A stretch of 64,000 nucleotides of DNA from Saccostrea echinata (Eukaryota): NCBI RefSeq assembly GCF_033153115.1, contig NW_026889761.1:11470001-11534000 (forward strand). Reading direction: 5' to 3'. Every line of letters begins with the position of its first letter. Position 1 is the first letter of the stretch. Positions 14,882 through 27,169 of this stretch are shown piece after piece. Below the pieces are notes generated by a model that saw nothing but the letters and a program-made list of their open reading frames with translations, made no database searches and was not told the origin of the DNA. The position numbers and the translations under genes are program-made.

Positions 14882-16057
14882 ATTTTGTCCGGCGTCCATC
14901 TGTCCGTCCGTCTGTCTGTCTGTCTGGGGTAGGGCGGGGCCACAATGGAGGATCAAAGTTTTACATAGAAATATATGGGAAAAATCTTTAAAAATCTTCT
15001 TCTCAAGAACAGCAAAGCCATGATGAGTCATATTTATATAGAAGCATCCTCAGTTAGTATAGATTCAAGTTTGTTCAAATCATGATCCCCGGGGGTAGGG
15101 CGGGGCCGCAATGGAGGATCAAAGTTTTACATAGAAATATATAGAAAAATTTTTTAAAAATCTTCTTCTCAAGAACAGCAAAGCCATGATGAGTCATATT
15201 TATATGGAAGCATCCTCAGTTAGTGTAGATTCAAGTTTGTTCAAATCATGACCCCCGGGGGTAGGGCAGGGCCACAATGGAGGATCAAAGTTTTACATAG
15301 AAATATATGGGAAAAATCTTTAAAAATCTTCTTCTCAAGAACAGCAAAGCCAGGATGAGTCATATTTATATGGAAGCATCCTCAGTTAGTGTAGATTCAA
15401 GTTTGTTCAGATCATGATCCTCGGGGGTAGGGCAGGGCCGCAATGGAGGATCAAAGTTTTACATAGAAATATATAGGAAAAATCTTTTAAAATCTTCTTC
15501 TCAAGAACAGCAAAGCCATGATGAGTCATATTTATATGGAAGCATCCTCAGGTGGTGTAGATTCAAGTTTGTTCAAACCATGACCCCTGGGGGTAGGGCG
15601 GGGCCACAATGGAGGATCAAAGTTTTACATAGAAATATATAGGAAAATATCTTCTTCTGAAGAACTGCAAACCATGATTAGTCATTTTGATATGGAAGCA
15701 TCCTCAGGTAGTGTAGATTCAATTTTGTTCAAATGATGACCCCCAGGGGTAGGGTGGGGCCTAATGGGGGATGGAAAGTTTTACATAAGAACATATAGAA
15801 AAAATATTTCTTCTCAAGAACAGAAAAGCTATGTTTAGTCATATTGATATGGAAGCATCGTCAGGTAGTGTAGATTCAAGTTTGTTCAAATGATGACCCC
15901 TGGGATAGGGAGGAGCCACAATGGGGAATCAAATTTTTACAAAGGAATATATGGGAATTTTTTTTTTAGAATCTTCTCAAGTACAACAAAAGCCATTTGT
16001 AACAGTTATATTGACATGGAAGTATCAACAGGTAGTTTAAAATTCAAGCCAATGTGT

Positions 16058-16093
<36 letters not shown>

Positions 16094-19000
16094 ACTTTAA
16101 TACCCTCCTGAAAATACCTACTTATATATTAATCAGCTTAATGATGTATGTATAGAGAAATGAGATCAGTTTACTGTAGAGTCTTGACATTTTATATATT
16201 TTGTTTATGTTTTCCAGTATATAGAACTACAAGGAGATAAGAGTGAAGTGACACAGATTGCCAGGTCACCAGACAAGAGGCATGTTGCTGTTGGATACAG
16301 TGATGGTATGGTGAAGGTCTTTGACCTTCATGCAGGAGAGGTCAAGGTCAACTTCAGTGGCCACAAATCTGCTGTCACAGCATTAAATTATGACCATCAA
16401 GGACTTCGACTTGTTTCTGGTGCAAAGGTATTCAGGATGAAAATATTGTGATTGAGTTGTATTACAGGGTGTGAAATCAAATAACTTCATTCTTTTATAA
16501 ATAACTAAAGAAGTTTGTAAAAAATCAATTTTCATATCAAAAATAATATCATGTACAGACTTTAGATGAAATTTTAAGTGTTTTTTTTTAAAAAGACCTA
16601 ATTCAGGAATTTCAATTAAGAAATTCTTTGCAGGACACTGATGTGATTGTATGGGACATAGTTAATGAGTCCGGTCTATTCAGACTGAAAGGTCACAAAG
16701 GGCAAATTACTCAGGTCCAGTTCTTAAAGGAAAAAAATGTCATAGTATCAAGGTATGTAAATTATTATACCCCTATCTTGAAAAGTGGGGTTATATAATG
16801 ATGAAGTTGTCTGTTACAATTGGGGGTAGCCATTCCTTATCCACAACTCCTCTTACACCATTGGATGCAATTTGATAATCAAACTTTCACAAAATCTTAT
16901 TTAATAATGGCATTGTTCATCTCTTATTTTATGTTTTCGATTGGACACATATTTGGGGTTTCCCATAACAAAACATGCCATTCTTTCTATAATATTGGAG
17001 GTAACCAAGAGGGAGCCTCTTATTTTATGTTTCCATAGGACAGATATTAGGGGTCCCCCATTTTGACATTCTTGGTAAACTTCAGGGTAGCCATCACTTC
17101 TCTTACAACACTATTTATTGAAATTTTCATAGAATCTTTATTGCATTGTCCCTGCTATTTTATCGGGCAATATTTGGGGATTCCCATATCAAAACTTGTG
17201 CCATTATACTCTTATGGGTGTCAGAGTTATTTTGTGAGCTCAGTGCTCACAGTACCTCTAGTTTACATACATTGATGGCATTATTCATATGATAATAGAA
17301 ACTAGAAACAGTCGTATAAGATTTTTCATATGTGTTAAAGTATTACATAAAGTATGCTTCAGATCGTTGGGGCATGCATAAATTTTCAAAGATGGATCTA
17401 TCACATTTTTGTAGAAAACAAGTATTATTATGTAAATCATATAATTTTTCTAAGTTTTGAACTACTTCATTTAGTTCCAAAGACACCTTTATCAAGTTCT
17501 GGGATTTGGACACACAGCACTGTTTCAAGACACTAGTGGGACATAGAAGTGAGGTAAATAGAAATCATTCGAGTTTCTTTAATGGAAAAGCACCTGAGTC
17601 AATGAATTATTGAACATCAGAGGTAAAAAATTTCCAATTTTCCTGCATGATTACAGAGAGTAATATGCAAAATCTTGTAGCATTATTCCTTAACACATAC
17701 TAAAGTTGTATGAGTCAATTGAGGAAGATAGTAGTTTCTTAGGTGATGATATTTAAATATTTATTACATTTTACGGTTAAAGGAATCAGGAATCAAAACA
17801 TTTTTTTAAATGCAGGTGTATGACTTTGTGATTGTAAGGAATGGCCAGCGTTTGATCACAGGTTCAGCAGACAGTGAATTAAGAGTCTGGGATATTGAAT
17901 ACCTAGACAGTCTGGTGAGTGTATAGTATGGCCTTAAACAGGGGTTTCATACATGTACATAGCTATATTGAGTTGTAAAAGTATATTCAATTTTGTTGTT
18001 AAGCTGAAAGATCAAATGCCACACAAGAAAGATAAAAAGTGAAATTGCACATGCTTATTAGTAATTTGATTGTGATGTGATGTCATCACTCTATTTAGTA
18101 TTAAACTATATGTCAATACATGTATATGTAGGCCCAGAAAACAAGAAAACTTTTTCTGTAAAGTATGTAGTTTGACAGTACCAGTAGAAAGAGCACCTGT
18201 TATTGTAGACTGCAGAAGAAGAGGACGAGCCGGCATTGAAGCGAATGAAGATTGAGGAGGAGGAGGACAAGTTAAAGGAGGAAGGAGAGGAAGAGGACCT
18301 GGTAATTTTGATCAATTCAGACATAACATGAAATTCAATTATTGAAGTCATCGTTTCCATTTCTTTATCAGTTACTCTCTTAAATCAAATGACAAAGGAC
18401 TGCTTAAGTGCTCTGACAAGACACTCTGATACACCCCTTTTTGGAAGTTTGAAGTGGGGTCCAAGGTAATGTTTGCGAAATTAGTGAATATGATATCAGA
18501 AGGTGTGATGAACTTTGTGGGCGTGTAAAGCCTGTACACAGATATTCTGACTTGTCTAAATCTGCAAATCATACACTGTATGATGTTTCAGTAAGCCATA
18601 TGACACTGAACTTTTGAACAGTGTTTTCCCTTTAGTTCAAAATAAAGGGTTAGAGATCAATTGTAACAGGCTAGGGGTTCAGGTTTATGAACAAATCTCT
18701 GTGGACCTTGCAACAATTATGTTTTAAATTTTGATTTATCAGTCAGAATGATCAATTTGGCTGGTAGCCAGTTCTTAGGGAAAACACTGTTGAATTGATT
18801 TCTTATTATTTATATTTTAAGATTTTTTTTAATTCCTAGAACTGAATAGAATTAGAAATTGTAGAAATTAATAAAAACTAACTCCTGTCATTTTGTAATG
18901 CTCTATATGTCAGAGAGTTTTTTTTTTTAAACTTTGACCAATGACATCACAATTAACTGTTTATCAAATATTTGACATTCTTCAGAGAGTAACCATAGGA

Positions 19001-22000
19001 AAGTAAGGAACTTTTAAATAAATATTTTCTGAGAGATTAGAGATTAGACCATGCAGCTTTAAGTTGAATTGTATTTGGAAACATAAATAACATGTTAAAT
19101 GGATTTGTTCTCTTAAGTATTGAAAATTTTTGACATTTCAAATGGCTATTTATGCACTATTAAGCAATGAAAGTTTGACATTAACTTGACTTTGATGTTA
19201 TTTTTAGCACATACTGAAGTGTACAAAGATTGGCTCTGTGATGAGGCAGGGGAGGGAGCGCCTGGTGTCCATGACGACAGACCCCACAGGTTCTGTTCTC
19301 TCCTGTCATGTAAGTCTGGCAAAGTCTGGATTTTTGATATGGTCTTCAGTTGATGTGTATATCTTATGTGTATTGGTTATTGAAAAAAAAATCTATTGTA
19401 TGAATTTTGTATTGGTTATTGTAACTGAAAAAAAATTGTTTTTCTGTATTGTATTTTCAGCTAATTAAAAATACACTAAAGCAGAACCTGTTTAGCAATT
19501 AAACAAAGTTATGTGTGTAAAAATCCACCTAAGAAGAGACCATTAATCAATTATTATTGAGCCAAAATTATTTACTAAACCTTATATACTCTTTATGTAT
19601 CTTGATACATATACATATATAAAAAGAAAAATGAAATGTCTTGATGATATACTTAGGGAAACAATAAATTCCTGGAAGTGTTCAAGTTGCCTTCACAAGC
19701 GGATCTCAAAAAGCACCTGGCTAAAAGACAGAAAAAGCTCCGAAAGAAAGCAAGGTATTAAATTGACTGCTAATGAATGGAACTTCAAATCTCAAACAAA
19801 TACATGTATAAAGATGATTAGAATTGTTGTTTGTTTGCAGAGATGCAGGGACAGAGGAAGTGATGGAGGCAGTACTAACTGTCAAAGACGAAATTGTGCA
19901 ATATGGCTTCCACAAAATGGCAGCCAATATTGTATCAGTAGATGTTGTTTTGGAGAATCCTACCCAGTGTAAGGTAATAAAAAATTGATTTTTAATTTCT
20001 AAAGATACTCATTATATGTCAAAATAAGAGTTTTTACTATTGATTTCTAGTCAATTCATTTTTTTTTTCTTCCAAAGAATGCTAATGCTTTACAATACAG
20101 AATTTCTTTGATTTGGTTAAAAAAAAAAACAGTTATGATTTTATCTCTTTTATATGCTACAAGTCATTTATACTCATTATCAGTATGACTATTGCAATTG
20201 AAAATCAATCCAAGATATGAATTTTAACATTTTTGTCTCAACAGGTCCTAGTTCTGCTGAATAACAATATGTTACAACACTGCAGCCTGGGGCTGGACCA
20301 AAAGCAATGTGACCCCCAGGGGATGACCAAGCTAGCCCTGCCAGGACACCGGTCTGATGTGAGGACTCTCTGTTTCAGTTCAGACAATACAGCCATATTG
20401 TCAGCTAGTGCTGAAACAGTCAAGATCTGGAACAGGTGAAAGTCTTTTAACTATACATTGAAAATTTCCATTTTAAATCTTGTATAGTGTTAATGTACAG
20501 AGATGTAAATGCACTGTAAATATTGAGTTTTATCACTTCACATTATTATAATTTATTTAGCTATTTAATGGCAGTTTGTCTTAGGCTTGATAACACTCTG
20601 TCATGATGCAGTTGTGTGTATCCACTTATTGTATGTGACCTATATTGTATATTACGATTTTCAGAGCTTCATCTCAGTGTATTAGAACTATGACTTGTGA
20701 CTATGCCTTGTGTTCAGTATTTGCCCCTGGGGATCGACACATCATCATTGGGACCAAGGTATGTTATAAGGTCATTCTAGTAAATGAGTGAGTGCATTTC
20801 ACATTTAGTTATTTTAATAAATGTTTGATATTCATTGAAAAAAAAGCTTGTCTTCAAAATTATAAAGATAGAGTTGGATATTATTTAATGAAGGTTTATT
20901 TATGTTATTAATACCAGTGCATATTTTTCGAAACATTTCTTTTGACTTCACAACTCCTGCACTGTAAAATTCTTTTTTGCAATAGCTGTATTGGTAAGAA
21001 AACAGGGTAGAAGTAATGCAATTTCAAACTCTGTGGTAATAACATCAATAAAATCTATTGTATGATGTAACAACAAACTCTGTGGTAATTCAACAATAAA
21101 ATTTATTGTGTGATGTAACAAAAACTCTGTGGTAATACATGTACATGTAACATCAATCAAATTTATTACTTGGTTTAACAATAGACACTGTGATAATATC
21201 TTCAATTAAATTAAATCAAATTTATAACTTTGTGTTGCAACAGACCTTGAATTGAAATTTTAAGAAACATGTTTCTGATATTTGTAGAATGATCTAAGGA
21301 AATATAATATATGAAAGGAGGTCCATTCCTACTCATTAGCATTCCTGTTTCAGAAGTTATAGGTGACTTATGATGTGCAGATGAAAGACGAGATTGATGT
21401 TATTTTAAACAGCTCTACTATTGAAGTATTGATGCATCTTAAAATCCATATTTAAATCTGTACTTCATTATACTGCTTTTTTGCAGAGTGGTAAGTTACA
21501 GATATTTGATGTTGGAAGTGGGGGGCTCTTAGAGGAGAAGGAGGCCCATACAGGGGCAGTGTGGTCACTTTGTATGTCTCCAGATAGGGTAAATATAACA
21601 TTATTGTGTATTTTAGTTCAGTGTTCGTACATGTGAACAATCTGTAATTCACTGCATATTATCAAAGACAGTAATTTTTAAAACAGAGAAATATTTACAT
21701 GTATCTCTAATATTTGACACTAAATGAGTACAAATCTAATTGAATTCATTGAAATCTGAGGATTTTATTTAATACTTCCTATCAACAGAGAGGCATAGCC
21801 ACAGGAAGTGCTGACAAGAGTGTTAACTTTTGGAACTTTGAGTTGATTACGGATGAAAAATTTTCCCTCACAAGGTATTATAAATAAATTTAAGAAATTT
21901 GCTTTTTGAATTGTGTAAATTATGGCTGATTAGGGCAAAACAACTTGTGGGAAATCTTGATTTTTTTCTTGCAGTAAGAGACTTACACTTGAGTTGGAGA

Positions 22001-25000
22001 AAACATTGAAGATGGATGAAGATGTTCTGTGTGTCAAATACAGGTACAGGATTGCAGACTGCTTAATCTGTCATCTTACAGTTGTGTTATCTGTCTTCAC
22101 TCGTTCATTTAAAATATTCATTGTAGGATTATTTGAAATAAAGAGGTTAATATTATTCATAAAACACTTTTTGAATGCATCTGTTATATATGAAGAAATA
22201 TTTACATTGTTGTGTTTGCCATCACAGTCCAGATCATCGCCTGATAGCCGTCTCTTTGTTGGACAACACTATAAAAGTCTTCTTTGCTGACACTCTGAAG
22301 GTCAGTCTCTGTAATTTTAATAACATCTTGAACATCTTTAAATGTCTAATATAGGGCATAGTCAAACCTCATTATCTCAAACTTGATAGGACCAGGATAA
22401 AACTTTTACGATATCTAAGGAAATGAGATATTGAGGTTGAAATACATAAAGAGAAAGTGGTTTGGATTTTCAACTCATTTTGACCTTATTGTATTTGAAA
22501 TATTGATGTTTGAGATGTAGAAAGATGTTTGAGATGTAGACGTTTGGCTGTAGATTTGTGAATGGCTTGATTGCTTGCTGTAACTAATCTATTGTTAATT
22601 TTTCCTTTATTTTAATCAGTTTTTCCTGTCACTGTATGGACACAAACTTCCTGTTACCTGTATGGACATTTCACACGACAGTACACTGCTGGTCTCAGGG
22701 TCTGCTGATCGTAACATCAAAATCTGGGGGCTTGATTTTGGAGACTGCCACAAATCTCTATTTGCTCATGATGATAGGTAAACATTTTGGTTTATTTTTT
22801 TAAGTTGTAATATTTAATGCAGGTACACGTTAGTTTCAGAGGGCCGACAAATGAGAACCACGATCTAAAATTGTGTTGGCTTGAAATGTGAAGATAAAAC
22901 CTGTTTGATATGGATAATGCTTTAAGGTGTACAATTTAATTTGTATGAATTGTTTCGACTTGATTGCAGTGAAATTTCTTTTATTTATTCAGTGTTATGT
23001 GTGCCCAGTTTATATCTAAAACTCATCTCATCTTTACTGGTGGAAAGGATGGGAAAATCAAACAATGGGATGCAGACAACTTTGAACATATTGTAACTCT
23101 TCAGGTATATGTACTTACAGTGATCTGCACCTTTGAATGATAGTAACATTTCAATTTTAGTCACTATTTGAGTAATGGTAACATTATTTACTCGCATCAC
23201 ATTTTTGCTTTAAATATGGCATTTTTTCTTGCCCAAAGAACAGAAATGTTCACATCTTCATTTAACAAAGAAAAACCCATCTGCAGTGATAATTTACAAT
23301 GTAGTTAAGCATTCTTTAAGTGTATTATCTTGTTTATTAAACCTATGCATTTATTTGTAGGGTCACCATGCTGAGGTGTGGAGTATGACGGTCAGTTCCT
23401 CGGGGAATTTCCTCGTCACGGCATCACATGACAAATCAATCAGACTATGGGAGAAAACACGGGAGATCGTGGTACTGGAGGAAGAGAGAGAGATGGTAGC
23501 CATTTATTACTGTAGAACTTGAATGTTAAAATTTTCTTTATTATTCACCTTTAATAGTGTAAATTACTCACGGCAGAAATCAGTAATTAATCATGTATGC
23601 TTCTTTCTGGATTGATTAACTGTAGAAGCACAAGTGGGGATAAAATTTTGTTGAGTTATTATCTAAAAAGGATTCAAAGGCATTAAATTTTTTTGTTTCG
23701 AACGTAACTATTTAATATATAGTCATATAAAATATTCATGTGGGATTCAATTTTGTTGATACAAAATGTAATTGTTAACAACAAAATAAACGAAATTTAA
23801 TTCCCAAAGAATATTTCTTCATTTACAGTATACTTGTTGGTTATTTTGGAGGCAGATAACCACCTGATTCCATTCAGATAATTAATTTGTACACAAAGAA
23901 ACTTAAAAGAGTTTACCTTGGGGAGATTAGTAATGATATTAAGTTTGAATGATGAAAATGCAGCCTTTTCTCATACATTGTATTATTACTTTTAAAGGAA
24001 AGGGAGAAAGAGGATGAAGAGGCTATAGGGGGAGAAACGGTCATCCCAGGAGAAACCAACACAGAAGTTACACTGGCTGGGAAGAAAACCATAGAAACAG
24101 TCAAAGGGGTAAGTATATTGGCTGGAACAAAAAAATACAGCTGTATAAAGTATAGACTGTCAAGAATACCAGGAAAACAGTCTGGAAATAAAGTGTAGTT
24201 GCCATGAAAACAGCAGAAGATTTCTAAGGAGTAAATTATCCATGCAGAGTACAACCTACCCTAATTCATTAAATATTAAGAGTGATAAAAAATCAGAGGT
24301 TTTCCTACCATTTATAAACTGGGTCCAGGGTCTGTAGAATAGGGGGAAATGACATGAAATTTGTTCAAATTTGGAAAATTTTACATGGGATATGTTGAAG
24401 TGATTTGGCAGTCCTAAACACCTTTTATTATGTTTTTTTTAACTATTTTGAATTCTCAGACATCTGGAAGTTTAATCTCGGTCATATTGAGTTTGAGGTT
24501 ACAAGGTTTGACTGTATCTTAATATAATTTAGAAAAATAGATTATCAGTTCTATGGGTTTTGTTTACAGGCTGAGAGAATAATTGAAGCTTTGGACCTTT
24601 ATAAAGAGGAATCAGCCAAACTGAAAGACCATAAAGAGCAGTGTAAAAGGAAAGGAAAACAGGTCACTTGGATACCACTATAAATCAATTAAGGAATGAA
24701 GCTTATTTTAACCTATGTTATACGATATAACATAACTTGGGACAGTTTATGCTTTATAAACCGCTAAGCGGTTTAAAAAAAAGTGTAAACTGCCACAAGT
24801 TATGTTTTATTGTGTAACATAGGTTAAAATAAGCTTCATTCCTTATAATTTAATTTCAGTGTAGACAGTAAGACAATTTTTCCTCCAAAAATGGCTTTAA
24901 ATTGAGCATATTTTAAAAGTAACGTCAAGGGGAGTAATACGTTTTTGACGTAAGTCATTATGATGTAGGCAACTTATGTTATACGATATAAACGAAATCT

Positions 25001-26334
25001 TTTGTCCAATCAAATGACTTGTTACAGCTAAAATTAAATTATTTATACTTAAAACTTTGTTTTCACATGCCAGCAGCATGTAAACATCCACTAGAAGTTA
25101 TTCTTGTGTCATTCATACATAATTATTTAAGTCATATATGGTGTATTTTTGATAAGTTCAGACTTGCTAAAATTAAAAAGATCTTTCTATTTGTTTTATT
25201 ACTTTATATAAAGATAGGACTTTCCTGTAAATTACACAATTTAAATCAATTGCGTTTCATAAATATTAGAAATTTAAAACATTAACCGATTAATTTACCG
25301 ACTCCGCACTTAAATATCAGACACAGTTTAAAGTCAATTTAACTATAGAAACATGGGATTATTCAAAATCGGTGACAATTTTAATTTGAACGTAAATAAC
25401 AAATATCATGTTCATTTACAATCAATCTCGTATTTTTATTTTTTTTAGCTCAGATACGCCACATATAGCTTTAAAAGATTAACTTCCCTTCTGCCATTTC
25501 TGGAATTTCATTTTCATAATCTCATAAAAATACAGAAATAAATCCTACAGACAAAACCTGATTTACAGTACCAAGTTCTACATGTAAATTGAGATTTCCA
25601 AAGAGAATGCATTTTGATGAATATATGTGTAAAGTTTGAATAAGTTTTGTTTATACTGGGTTTGTTGTCTTTAGTTACCTCCTCCTCAACTGAATCCACT
25701 GTTAATCGCTTACAAGTGTGACACACCAGAGAGGTATATGTTGGAGATGCTGCGCAAAATTAAATCAAGGTAACTTAAAACATATTTTGAACTGAAAATG
25801 CATGTATTTGAATAAGTTTAGATTAATTGAATGGTAGACACCATCATTAGATCATGTCAGTGCATACAATTTTAACTTCCTTTGTAGTATCCTTATAGAA
25901 AATTATTTATCTATTGAGCAAGTTTCATGTTTTTCCCCTGTATGTGTAACAATCTTTTTTGCAGTGAACTGGAGGAATCTCTTCTAGTCCTACCTTTCTC
26001 CTATGTTGTGGACTTACTGAAGGTCCTGGAGGTGTTTATCGACTCTGGATGGGAAGTAGAACTCTCCTGTCGCTGTTTGTTCTTCCTTCTGCGAGTTCAT
26101 CATGGCCAGATCACCTCCAATCTTGTTCTTCTTCCTGTTATTGATAGACTCAGACAGAAGACTCGAGATCGAGTGAGTGAGCTGAGGGACACCATTGGGT
26201 TCAATAAAGCAGGATGTGAATTCATTCAGAGACAAATTGAAATGTCACAAGACACCATCTTCTTCAGTGATGCCATAGGAAAATTCAAAGAGAAGAAGAA
26301 AAAGAAAAGAGCCATTTTAGCTGTGAAAGTGTAA
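11022..26334 (+). CDS. WDR3: WD repeat-containing protein 3 (Utp12/Dip2, SSU processome), 22 coding exons
   Basis: N-terminus [12 protein letters not shown] repeats ([36 protein letters not shown]) and a C-terminal Utp12 domain ([11 protein letters not shown]). GT-AG exons in continuous frame: 11022-11192, 16218-16427, 16634-16752, 17475-17553, 17816-17914, 18209-18301, 19208-19309, 19657-19754, 19841-19973, 20245-20435, 20665-20758, 21487-21588, 21789-21874, 21975-22043, 22228-22300, 22620-22777, 22993-23104, 23361-23495, 23998-24108, 24570-24662, 25675-25769, 25965-26334. Confidence 0.95.
11505..13601. mobile_element. Non-autonomous DNA transposon with ~90-bp terminal inverted repeats (TIRs) and 5-bp TSD, in WDR3 intron 1
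   Basis: TIR CAGGTTGGGCACACCCCACCAAATGGTCATTTATCCCC... mirrored at about 13515-13601. Flanks CTTAA/CTTAA. Confidence 0.9.
12405..13247. mobile_element. Nested non-autonomous DNA transposon with 6-bp TSD
   Basis: TIR CAGGGTTCTCA/TGAGAACCCTG, flanks TTATCA/TTATCA, subterminal GCGTCCCA/GAGTCCCA repeats. Confidence 0.85.
13865..14268. mobile_element. Tourist/Harbinger-type MITE (copy 1, right end eroded)
   Basis: TIR GGCCAAACAAAAAAATATGTGTGGTTCCGGTTA after TAA. Near-identical inverted copy at 29148-29538. Confidence 0.85.
14270..14405 (+). mobile_element. Probable Helitron 3' end fragment
   Basis: GC-rich hairpin GCGAGCGGCGCTTTGCGCCACTTGC followed by GCTCGCTATT, a CTRR-like terminus. Confidence 0.45.
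14839..16091 (+). mobile_element. Helentron-associated element carrying about 6.5 copies of a 166-bp Cg170/HindIII-type satellite
   Basis: 5' subterminal repeat and hairpin GCTCACCTGAGCTGAAAGCTCAAGTGAGC, a GTCC/GTCT microsatellite, 166-bp units (14941 to 15107), and a 3' end TCAGGTGAGCGATGTGGCCCATGGGCCTCTTG. Confidence 0.9.
18619..18789. mobile_element. Small MITE with 5-bp TSD
   Basis: TIR CAGTGTTTTCCCT/AGGGAAAACACTG, flanks TTGAA/TTGAA. Confidence 0.75.
21020..21200. repeat. Degenerate ~48-bp tandem repeat in WDR3 intron 11
   Basis: AAACTCTGTGGTAAT recurs at about 21026, 21075 and 21122. Confidence 0.7.
24690..24845. repeat. 156-bp palindrome
   Basis: TAAGGAATGAAGCTTATTTTAACCTATGTTA ... 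TAACATAGGTTAAAATAAGCTTCATTCCTTA, centre AAACCGCTAAGCGGTTT. Confidence 0.9.
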
Positions 26335-27169
26335 TGCCATATAAAATATATGTATATATTAAAGTAACTTTATATGCTAGAGGATTTTTTAATTGTTTTC
26401 ATTTTTAAGATGTTATCAAAATACTTAAAGTTCTTGAAGACAGAGGCATGAACATTACACAAGTCCAATGTCCCAACCATGTTCTGAAATTTAAATCAAG
26501 AACTTTCTCTCACTTTTTCCTCGGTTACATGATTAAGAGTGTCTAGGAATCATATTGGTTGTTTAGGAATAAGTTGAAAAATCAATTGTTCATTTTTCAC
26601 TTTCACTTTCATTGTTCATTTCAGCTGACTGAAAAGTGGTATTTTTAGACTTGCAGTACCAAAAACAACCAATTATAATAGTCAAGTCACAATTCTCATA
26701 CAATGTAAAATAACATAATGTAGTCTTCAAAGTCTTCTTAGGAATAAAAGAATTCATGATGAAAAGAAAACAGTATAAATTTGAAGTTTGGTAAATTTAC
26801 AAAAATCAAATGCATTGATGGCTAACATATCTGTATTCAAACAGTGTTACATAATTCTGTTTAAAAGGATAAACTTTTACAACTGTTCTTGTCATAAGTA
26901 CAGTTTGTGGTGCATGTTGGTCCATCACTTTTAGCTGGTTCTTCGTTGATAACTACTAGTTTAATTCCAACTTGTTCCTGAAGTTTGACATCATGTCAAA
27001 TCAGATTGGTTTGGTTTTTTAGGCCACATCCCAAAGATTCATTAAGTACAATTATGTATTCCAGTTGTCATGTTTTGTGAAAAAGTCAATATTCTCAGAG
27101 ACGGACACATTTCTTACATATACAGAGTCCACTTGAAGCTTATTAAATGTATTTTCATCCTCAAATAAT

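Noticed and set aside
18504-18550. C/D snoRNA (TGTGATGA...CTGA) in WDR3 intron 6
   Set aside because: Only about 47 nt between the boxes, and no rRNA-complementary guide that I could recognise.
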